Positions 12,653-22,915 of a DNA stretch of 64,000 bases are shown here, piece by piece. The notes beneath the pieces are model-generated. The model saw nothing but the letters and a program-made list of their open reading frames with translations. It had not been told where the DNA came from and made no database searches. Positions within the stretch are counted from its first letter, which is position 1, and each line of letters opens with the position of its first letter. The stretch is from Azolla caroliniana. Its lineage: Eukaryota > Plantae > Polypodiophyta. A program made the translations under genes and the position numbers. The stretch is from assembly GCA_043228905.1 (NCBI GenBank), contig JBHGNT010000022.1, positions 8,494,001 to 8,558,000 on the forward strand, read 5' to 3'.

Positions 12653-13646
12653 ATATCGAAATATACACTCTCTACAAAAATTGGATGCACTTGTATCACA
12701 TGTTCCACAACTTGATTAGAATTTGCAAATATAAAAATACATGATAGGTCTCCGAGTGGAGATCATTAGAAATTCAAATAAGTTTGGATGTGTTGATAAG
12801 TTAATGTAGGCATAATAAAGTTCAACAATGGTTGAATATCTCACTAATGTGCAACATGGCAAACACTAAGTTAAAGACTTATATTATTTTGGTACGTTTT
12901 AGAAAAATATGAGGTGTACTTGTAACCATACTAATAAAATGAGTTATAATTTATACTTTGACCCATACTCGTATGTATATAATTGTGGACAATGTAAGAC
13001 AGTGAACTTTAGGATAATGTGACGGAAATAACAAACCTATTAAGGCTTTCAATACTTGTATTTAAAATTGATCTAATCTATTCCTTAGGTGATTCATACG
13101 GGCTCAAACTCCGAACGATAACGCTAGTGGAATTACAAGCGTATAAAAACATGCGTATAACGCTAGTGGAACCATTATCAACACACTACACAATCTAGCA
13201 ATGGAAGAAAAACATAATAGTTTTAACAATAGAAGACAAAGATCCATAATATATGGACTAGTATATATTAGACACGGAATGACAATCTCGAAAATTGATC
13301 GCAAATAACAACATAGACAATCATGGCAACAATTCTAAGAGCATGTTATGTTAAGGTAAAGTTTGACCAAAATCAGCCTTAATGTAAACTATTTCATGTT
13401 TCTCCATATTGGTAGTCAGCAATGCATGCAGTGAAACCAATGTCATAAGTCAACAAACCAAGTATATAAAAATAAAATTGAAACATATAGAAGATTATAA
13501 AGAATGGAATACACCAAGTAGAACCTAAAATTTGTATTAGTAATGTGAATTCCAAACAATACATTTCGTGAACAAAAGAGTCTATTACATAGGAATCAAA
13601 TCGTCAATGTCATTTTCTTCTTCATCTCTTATAGAAGTCTCTTTGG

Positions 13647-16600
13647 CTATACATCATTGTCTTCCCCTGCTAGCCGAGCCAACATAATATCTTCTATAAG
13701 CTCATCATCAAGCTCTATTAGCTCCCCCGGTTCCCCGACTAATGGAGGAATAGGCTCTCGCGAAGCAGGTTGAAACCTTTTCGTATCAGCAAGGTTCTTT
13801 GCACCGACCTTCTTGTCCTGGTCTGGGCACTCCCACAAAGCCTTAATCATCATGTTTATAAATATAACTTGCTCCTCATCCTTCTCCAATGCAATTGTGT
13901 TTCTGAAGAGCTTAAATGCACATGTAGACGTTGTCCCTGTGAAGAAAGCAACAAGAAGAATTAGTTTTCAAACAAAAAAGAATCAGTGCTGGTTATCTCA
14001 AGATCGTTAACCTAGTTCGACGAATACCTGTGCCAGAAAAGAGGTCTAATATCCAATCTCCTTTTACAGAAAACATCTCGATCAAGCGCATCATAAGCCA
14101 TTGAGGTTTTTGGTATGGGTTGACAAGTCCTCGTTCTGGGGTGGTGACATGTCGCAAATTCTGTGTCACTGCTGGATATACCATCAGATTTGAACCTCCA
14201 ACTTCATTAGAATGCTCCTTGATTCTTTGTTTCTTTATTTCATCGAAGTAGCCAACCGTAATGTAGTCAATGGCATTTACGAACCGAAAGGTTGGCCCTC
14301 TATTGACATTGGTTTTTATCCTCTAACAAATATTGCATCGAGTTAAGAATAGATTGAACAATATTAAGAAAGGCCATTTAGTGAATGAGACTTATAAATA
14401 ATCCTTACCATGCAAGGTTCTCGATGCCATGGCACAAGATCTCAAAGTTTGAGCAACCGAGTACCCTTGGTCCATACTATGAAAGACAACTATCCTCCAC
14501 AAGGATGCAGTCGTTAGCTCAGCAAAATCCTTGAGCATCTTCTCTAACTTTTTGAACCTAAAAGGTTCATCATTGTATGATGACCCTGCCATTCGAAATC
14601 CGTATGGAATACCAGCAATCATTAGCGTATATTCCTTCTTTGGCACTTTTTGGTTAATGTCAACGACATCGCCGCAAATCACATTGTAGTAAAGATCTCT
14701 AGTAATGTCCTTTTTGTGGCTTAAGTTTTTGAAGGAGCCATCTTCCTCAATTTCGTACGCCTTGACTAAGCGACGCTCCTTTTCTTTTCTAGGTCTCTTG
14801 AGATGTGCAAGGAAGGATGTTGGGAAATCGTGTATATCCTTAACTTCTCCTTGTTTCTTGCCACGACACGGTTTCTAATAGAAGCAATAAGACATAAAGT
14901 ATTATTACACAACCTCTACATATGAGGAAAACTTAATGAAAAACACCAATACTAACCCAATCCTTGAATGTAATAAAATACTTGGATAACGCCTTATATG
15001 AAGACATTAGAGGATAATCCTCGGTCACTTGTTCCCAAATTATACATCCAAGTTGTTTCATCATAATTTCTTGGATCTTCATGTACACCTTATGACTGTG
15101 AAATTAGAAAACGAGGTTAGAACTTTCAATTGCACCATATTGAATTCATTATCACTATTTGAAAGACTTACTTATTGAACGCAGTGACCATTTCTTCAAG
15201 GATTAATTCTTTCGCCACAACCCTTGACAAAACAGACACAAGAAGCTACTTGTCCTTAATACCTTGCATCACTCTCCGCTGAGACAGCTTCATGTCGTCA
15301 ACCGCTTCTTCAATTGTCAAATCAATTTTCTTGTCCGCTTGTGACTTTAATTCTAGTTGAGGGTCTACCTTACATTTCTTTTGTCGTTGACCCTTGACCT
15401 TCTTATTCTCCCACATTGAGAAGATTTGATCTTGTAGGTCCCATACTTCTCCATCTCTAAAGGCAAGTTGAAACCAAGACTCATATTTCCAAAGACCATC
15501 CGACTTAACATTATCATCCACCACAATGCCGACCTCATGAAGGCATTGACGTTGTAGGCTGGGGTGTAGCTTCACATGAAACTTTTGTTTGACGTCCAGG
15601 TATTCATGGTGGAAGAACCTTATCCGTTCAATAGATGACATTTTTAGCTTATAGTCGTTGTCATTGTTGTGGTCCCATGCCAAAGGCTTTGCTTCTTCAG
15701 TTGTGAGGCCCACGTATATTTTGCACTCGGCATACTTGAAGAAGAAAGTCGTTGGGTGCTCTCTAACAAGTTGCTAGCGTGCTTCAGCCGAATGTGATCC
15801 ACCAATTACAAAGTAATTGTATTGATCATGCTTTCTCATGTCGAAGTCCTCAGTTGTGGAATATTCTTCAGGATCTACCATCACAATGAAAGGCACAACT
15901 GTAGCATGCTGATTTATTTTCATTTTTTTCTTGCTATTCTGAACATGCATTCGGTGTGGCTCTTTGATCTCAAGTGTTCTTCGTCTTGTTTTTACATCTA
16001 TTGGGGGCTAATGGATGTGTGTTATAAGCAAATTAAACACTTGCCCTTTTCTCACCAGTTTGCGCTGAATTAACTCTTTCCGTATCTTATTCTGCTCGGA
16101 TGACAACACACCAGATGTCAACTCAGCACCTGGCCTCCCCTTAGTGTTCTCATCTCTTGGTTGAGCTTGATGAGTCGGAGTCCGACATTTTAGTGGTCTT
16201 CTTTTTTGCTGGTCTTGATTGCACTTTAGATGCCCTTTTTGGGGCCTTCACCGAGGAGGGAAAGGGCTCCCTTAGAGTTACATGGCCTTGTAAATAAGGC
16301 CTCAAGGTGACAATAAGGTTTTGTGAGCTTTGTAGATCTTTTTTAAAAGATTTTGGCCCATAAGATTCCTTTACTAGTCGATCTTCAGAAAGTTACACTT
16401 TACATACCCCCTTCGAGCACTCTATCATTACTGACTGAATCTAAATCTTCGTAGTCAAATCGTAAAATACGGCAATACATAAATGCGGTGTCATTTTCAA
16501 GTTGACCGTCGCCCTTCTTCTTTGTCGTATACAACATGACTTTTTTCTTGGAGTCGACGTACTGCATACACCATTCCTTATCCATTAGATCACGGTCAGG

Positions 16601-17611
16601 AAGGTCCGCACCACCTGTAGTAGCTAACATTTCCTTTTGGCTAATTCCGTCTGATGGTTGAGATTTTGTCTCCTCGTTGAAGAGAAGTTTTTTTTCCTCT
16701 CTTCATATTTTGAGGAACTATTTGTTTCTGGGTCTCAATTGGAGAGCCCTAAATTCGGAGCTTTATTCTTCACGGGTCAGTCCGACAAGTTCTCAAACGA
16801 CCTATTTAAGAAAGGACATGCGAAAATATAAGTTAGTTGGTTGCCTAGATTAAGGTTGCATATTGAAATATACATAAGTAGACCAAGACAAAAACTAGCA
16901 AGTGATTTTTGCTAAACTCTAAATATCAATCATACTTTCTGTGAACATGATAGACCTTTATTGTGAATTTAAATCTAGTAAGGGCTATTCAACTTCGAAT
17001 ATTATATATCTTAATAATTTTACAAGGATATGTATCATATTGGTGGGTAGGTATGGTTTATATTGATTCCATATCTCATATTGTTGAGAATTCTCATACA
17101 ATGGATTTGAATTTGGTATCATAAAGGTAATTCGTAGGTTATTTTCTATTATTTTAAGCTATTATAGGACATAAAACTTGTTGCAATAAGGGTACTAAAT
17201 GTTACAAAATGTAGCAAATGCCACTAAAAAAGTCTGAATTGGACATAAAATTGGTATCTTTTCACACACATATCAATATGTTGCCCCAAAGACACAATAT
17301 TCCTGGATAAAGTTTGTGTTTTATACAGGAACTCGATACGACGTATCAAGTTATACAGTAACTTGATACGTCGTATCGAGTTCCTGTATAAAACACAAAC
17401 TTTAAACAGGAACTCGATACGACGTATCGTGTTCTTGTTTATTTATATAGGAACTCGATACGCCGTATTGAGTTCTTGTATAAAGTGGGGGATTTAAATA
17501 GGAACTCGATACAGCTTATCTAGTTCTTGAGTGCTAAAACATATTTACAAAAATGTCTGAACTGCCAGGTGCTTACCTGGATTCTTGGCGCTCGCTCTTC
17601 TTCGAAGACAT
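13647..17611 (-). pseudogene. Spliced ParB/Srx-like domain fused to a beta-class N4C/N6A DNA methyltransferase, disrupted
   Basis: Predicted exons 17611-17577, 16801-15172, 15095-14957, 14874-14409, 14320-14028 and 13936-13647, joined by GT-AG introns that preserve frame. ParB-like YFVIGGSHSAEAR...CKIYVGLTTEEAK.LAWDHN...MSSIE. MTase motifs VICGD...LMIAGIPYG, W-I-K, NPYQKP...LIEMFS..GDWILDLFSGT|GTT..AFKLFRNTIALEKD. Several stops and frameshifts. Confidence 0.85.
17308..17527. repeat. Array of five 27-bp palindromes GGAACTCGATACG-N-CGTATCGAGTTCC, including a perfect hairpin with 46-bp arms
   Basis: Units at about 17328, 17358, 17409, 17450 and 17501. 17308-17353 is the exact reverse complement of 17359-17404, with the 5-nt loop TACAG. 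Confidence 0.92.
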
Positions 17612-17736
17612 GATTCTCGTCGTCGATGCTTACGGGGAGATGAGGATTTGGTGCTGCATGATCTGGGTTGTTTCTGCTCTGTGTGCTCGTGTGCTTTGTT
17701 CTGCGTGTGAGTGATTGCGAAATGAGGGGGTCTTCC

Positions 17737-17744
17737 TATTTATA
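17737..17744 (-). promoter_or_regulatory. TATA box of the methyltransferase gene
   Basis: CCTATAAATAGG on the minus strand about 125 bp upstream of the ATG at 17611. Confidence 0.6.
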
Positions 17745-17919
17745 GGGATTGACCATTGTGGTTAAAGTAACTACAGTTGGTAAGCTTAAGGTTAGTTAGT
17801 TAGACCTAAGAAAGACTTTCATTGACCTTAGGACACTTTTTTCTTAGACCTTAGTACACTTTATTTAGTACATAACCTTCAATGTACCAATGACTCTAAT
17901 GGATTTGAATTAAACGATG

Positions 17920-18220
17920 CTTATGAATGAATAAATGATTAAATACTCAAACTAACATATTAATGATTATTTAATACTCAAAACTAACATACAATGCCTT
18001 TGAAGGTCATAAATAAAACAATGATAGAGGTTCATGAATGAACCAATGATTGAATACTCAAAGCAACATTTTTACGACTCTCTAATGTTTTGTATTAAAG
18101 ATGTGGCCATGTATGAACCAATGATTTAAAAGGCTTATATTTAAAATGGTGGGCATGAATGAACCAATTATTGAGAAGTTCTATATTAAATATGGGTGCC
18201 ATTAATTAACCAATGATTTT
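17920..18220. repeat. Degenerate ATGAATGAACCAATGATT repeats in the divergent intergenic region
   Basis: About five imperfect copies, several followed by AATACTCAAA. Confidence 0.65.
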
Positions 18221-18545
18221 AACTTTAAACCAACATATATGGCTTGGTAATGATTGTAAATATATTATACCTAATGGCTAAAGTAAATTTAATTTAAATT
18301 ATATATTATAGGATTAATAAGGTATAGAATATAATTGATTCGACTTTATACTGACTAGTTTAAGTAATTATTAATATGTTGATTAAATTTATTATATTAA
18401 AAATAATATATTTATTTATTGTATTAATATAATATTAAATAATATAGACATTATATTGAGGGAGTTTATGTTTAGAGAGGAGCTTATCAGTTTTTTATAT
18501 TAACCCAAGCACATAACTTGAAGAGCTTTGTGTGGACCTTAAGCC

Positions 18546-21329
18546 ATGAGTGAAGACTCGCCGTTCTCGATTGAAGAATATTGTTTGTCATCAGACTCTT
18601 CGTTTTCTACCGAAGAGTATTGTTTGTCGACAAACTCCCCATTTTCTATCGAAGAATATTGTCTGTCGACAAAGTCATCCATTTCTATCGAAGAGTATTT
18701 TTTGAGCTCATCTTCACCTACAACACATGTGAATAATGACCATGTGAAGAGTTCTTTATTGAAGAATACGATATTAATAAAGATACGGAGAATGAAGGTA
18801 GTCCTAATGAATCATCGAATATCACGGGCGATGGTCACAACAAAGAATTGGATTGTAACAAAGTCACCCCAACTTCTATGCAGGAAGAGAAATCTGGAAG
18901 ACCTATGCATATTAGAAGAATCCCACGTAGAATTCGTCTGGCTAGATTTAACTTGGTGACATCAGATAAGCAGATTGGATATGATGTCAACAAAATATGT
19001 TGTGCCCGTGGTTGTATGTCTATGATTGGAAAATCAAAGTTGTGAGAATTAAGGCGGTACTATTTTTCGATGACTGGTGATGAGCAAGACACCTACCTCG
19101 AGTCACATATGCAACTAGTGTCTAACAAATGTACAGGGATCAAAGTATCATTCGAGTATTATATCTTCCATGCGCAACCGATTTGTAGAGTTGCCTTCAA
19201 AATTGCGTTATGTGTTAGGAACATGCGGCTACATAGAGTACAACAACGTCTACTTAGCGGGGATCAGATGCTCAATTGTAAAGAGGTTCCAAGTATGAAA
19301 GGTGCAATTGGAAGACATGCTATTGGTTGGATGAAAAGTTACTTTCAGTTAAATTGTGAAGTAATGCCCACTACATGTAGGATGCACCTCTCTAATAATT
19401 ACACACATCGGGAAGTTTATTATGTCTATCGATCAGATATGGTGGGCTCACGTAATAAATCTCACATAGAGCCAATTCACAAGACTATGGAGAGCTCGTT
19501 TTTCAAATGTTATCATTCCACGTAAAGTACGCATGGGGTATTGCTCCATTTGTGCAAATCTTAAAAGTTTGGCTAAAGGTGCAACGACATCAATGGAAAA
19601 GGATATGAGTAAGAAGTTACTATAGGAACATCGTGAGGCACAATCATTAGAACGAAAGAAGAGGATGCATCATAGAGAGAAGTGTTTGAAGAGGCCCGTA
19701 CAATACATGTGCTTAATGATAGATGGCATGGACAAGAAGAAGACATGCTTGCCGCATATGCGGAGGCTCCCCAAAGACATCAATGATGAGTGCCTTGTTC
19801 AAATGCACTTGGTGGGATGCTTGGCTTATAATAGGTCCGTTGGACTTCACATCTTCATTACATACCCCAATGTTCACAATGACCCTAACCTAACAGTTAC
19901 AGTGATTCACCAAGTTTTGACGTCTTGGGGCCAACCGTTCCCTCCTTTTCTATACATTCAATTGGACAATACTGCTAGAGAGAACAAAAATTCAACTGTG
20001 TTTGGCTATCTAAATATGTTGGTCAACCAAGGATTGTTTAGAAAAGTGAAATTCAATTTTCTTTTGGTTGGCCACACACATGATCATATAGATCAGATGT
20101 TGAGCACATTCTCTAGACAGTTGTCTCAGCATGATGCTTTCATATTACTAAAACTATTTGATGTCATTTGTGTTGCATATACACCACGCCCAAAAGTGTT
20201 ACACTTGAAGGAGGTATATGACTTTAAGAGATATATATCAGATGGAGGTGTTTGGAATGTTAAAGTGCTCACCCAGTTAAACAATATAAGCTTCAATCAC
20301 ATTTTTATGATAAAAAAAAATGAAATAAGTGGTTCTACACTTTTGTATGCTAAACAATATTCATCCTCTACAACATGGGAACCTGAAGGTGATTGCCAGT
20401 TATTACTTTGTATGCCGAGTACAATTGTCCATGGAGCGAAACAAATGCCAATTGAGAAGAAAGGACAATTGCATAATGACTTGGTATCGGAACAAAAACA
20501 ATTATGGATCCAAGCCTTAGAAGGAAAAAGAAAGCATATTGAGGCTGCAAAGAAATATGCCGCACAACAAGACACGTCATGGTGGGATGTATTTTTTAGT
20601 GATCAGAAAGGAATTATAGACAATCGTGTATTTGTTGATAATTGGAATTTGGAAACGCCATTCACATGGTCGCTACAACATGATCGTGTAAATAAAACTC
20701 TAGAGCAACCAACAAATGTGATTAATGACAGTTTGGTCCATCCACAACAAAGAGACATTTATGTGGGACCAAGGATGACCAAAGCAGCCGAAGCTAGATG
20801 GCAAGGCAATTTGCAAGAGCTCGCGGCGGGGATGTTGATTGCAACGCCGGCTGATGAGAACTCACATGGCCACCAATTTTGGGTTGGTAAAATTCTAGAA
20901 GTGCTAATGCATAAAATAGAAAACATGATCAAGTCTATATACGTTCATTGGTACAACACTAGAATTGCAAATGCTTTTACGGTTAAGTATACATTGGAGA
21001 TGATTGAATGCCCAACGACAAGGGGAGGTAAGAAGAGGAAGTGAAACATTCGTAACACCTCGACCCTTGGTATCTCTAATGTTGATGTCATCGTGTACGA
21101 CTTCACATTTACAAAAGCCGGACAACTAAGGAATTCAACAATAGATATAATAAAACAAAAATTACCAGGTCTACAAGGTGGCTTGAGTCGAAGGCAAACG
21201 AGATCTGCTACATATAATCTAGAGTCAAACCATTTGGTTTTTGACGAAGATAATGCACTGATTGGTACATCCGAGGATGACGAGGAGGAATCGTCATTGT
21301 ATATTAGTTATAGTAGTGATTCTCTGTAA
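18546..21329 (+). pseudogene. Sola1/DUF7869-like DDD transposase (copy 2), full length but frameshifted
   Basis: Cys-rich N-terminus (CCARGC, ICRVAF), GYCSIC, CLMIDGMD, LYIQLDNTARENKN, FLLVGHTHDHIDQM, and a C-terminal FWVGKILEV..VHWY block. ORF pieces 18546-18959, 18848-19045, 19070-19525, 19665-21044 and 21093-21329. Confidence 0.78.
18555..18710 (+). repeat. Four 39-bp coding repeats (DSPFSIEEYCLSS-like)
   Basis: DSPFSIEEYCLSS / DSSFSTEEYCLST / NSPFSIEEYCLST / KSSISIEEYFLSS. Confidence 0.88.
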
Positions 21330-21564
21330 AGGAGTGATCATGAATGTATTTTTGGCTATTAAGTGTAACTACATTCCGCTTGTAACAAATCGAGGAATAT
21401 AAAAGCATGTGTTTTGAATTCTTATGATTTCTAAAAATTCGTTTCTTATAAAATAACATTGGTTGTAAAGTTTGTGATATAAATTGAGAATGTAACTTTT
21501 TGAAATTCCTCTTTTTTTATTTATTTTTTCAAATCACGAAAATAGTGGAATTTAAACTCGAAAG

Positions 21565-21905
21565 GTCACTAGGTGGCTCTGGTATTTCATCACCTTTGTT
21601 GATTATTGCACCTGGAAAGTTTGAGCTTAATTGATCAAGTCCAAACATGAAGCACTCAAAGTTTTTGCTCGGTGGCTAGCCGAAGTCGAAAACCGTTCTG
21701 GCCATAAAATGAAGACACGCAAGTCGAACAAAAAAGGTGAATACACTTTTAGAGCCTTGAAAACGTAGCTATCTGAGAAAGAGATCCAGTATCAAAAGAC
21801 TGTTCCCTAAACTTTGATGCAAAACAATGTAGTAGAACGAATGAATTGGACGATCCAGGAGAGGGTGACGACAATGCTCCAACATGCCGGACTAAAGTTG
21901 GAGTT
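21565..21905 (+). pseudogene. Copia integrase fragment
   Basis: SLGG..YFITFVD, GEYT and QNNVVERMNWTIQE motifs. Confidence 0.7.
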
Positions 21906-22915
21906 TGTAAAAGAATGTGATTGGGGAAGTTAAGAAAAAACTAGCTAGTCTGAATAGGACAATAATATAGATACAAGTTTCATGGAAACCTTACACGAGA
22001 GAGACAGAGAGAGTAGAATAGAACAATCTATTTCAAAATTAACACTCACAACTCCTTACACGGACTGATCGAAGTACTAACACGTTCTTCAATGCTCATA
22101 TGACAGACTAACACTGACTCCCAGAAATATGCCTACAGACTAGGCTAGATCCGTAGGCCTCTAACGGCCTACCCGTTACAATCCGATCCGGCTTTTGGTT
22201 CCGGATACTGATTTGAACATTGACCCGGTTCTTCGTTCTAGACTCCACTCCGGCTCAGGTTTATTCAACCTATCTGGATTTGGTCGAGCTTGTCAGCTCA
22301 ACACTCCCCCTCAAGCTCAACTTGATTTCGGATCATGGTGTCAGTATTTGTGGTCACCGGTTCTTCTCTCCGGCTCGTCATGGTGCTCTTCCGCGTTGCT
22401 CACGCTCCTCGTCCGGTTCGGTTCCGCTTCCAGCGACCCGTCTGGTTCTACGCTCCTCGACCTTCTTGATCAGCTTGTCTACTCCTTCGGCCCTCATAAG
22501 CTCCCTTGCTGACGCTTCACGACCCATAGGTTCCTTCGCATCAATGTTGATTTCCGCCGCCTTCTCGTCCGTTTGGCCTTCAATTGATTCGGCTCCTCCG
22601 AATCGAAGTCCCCTTTAGAATTGGTGGACTCCGATTAGTTCCAGCTTGTCTGAATTGGCTGTCTCCAATTGCTTTTCAATCTTTAGACCCTTCACGACAT
22701 TGGACCATGTCCGTGTCTTAGTCTTTCTGGCTTTGCCTCCCCCTTTTGTTGGTTGGTTCCGACTTGGGCTCTCTATTCCGGTGGCTCCGCCTGCATCCGG
22801 TCTCAACTTCTTCAATCATCCTGTGCATTCCAAATTCTTTAGTCGGACCGAAGTCGAAATCGGTTTCCAACTCGGCTTTTCGGTCGTCTTCCGATTCGGT
22901 CTAGGCACATCTCAA
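21906..22915 (-). mobile_element. Copia 3' LTR (21906-22303), PPT and 3' extension, reverse orientation
   Basis: CTCAACA followed by CTCCCCCTCAAG (PPT on minus). Homologous to 35279-35594 and 46244-46701. Contains the RTWSNVVKGLK motif. Confidence 0.78.

Noticed and set aside
13118-13171. Direct repeat ATAACGCTAGTGGAA (two copies) as an element terminus
   Set aside because: No counterpart at the other end of the unit; probably a local duplication.
13647-14874. C5-cytosine methyltransferase (DNMT/CMT/DRM)
   Set aside because: No PC catalytic motif or ENV motif is visible. The motif order (xPY first, FxGxG late) fits beta-class amino-MTases.
17308-17527. CRISPR array
   Set aside because: Spacers are short, irregular and partly repetitive. 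There are no cas genes, and the context is a eukaryotic intron.
13647-17611. Bacterial contamination or prophage as the source of the methyltransferase
   Set aside because: The gene has five frame-preserving GT-AG introns and a TATA box, and is contiguous with plant retroelements.
20060-20100. HUH endonuclease (Helitron/Replitron) suggested by GHTHDH
   Set aside because: The context D...LDN..ENKN...FL.VGHTH..D fits an RNase H-like DDD core. No helicase or catalytic YxxK motif was recognised.
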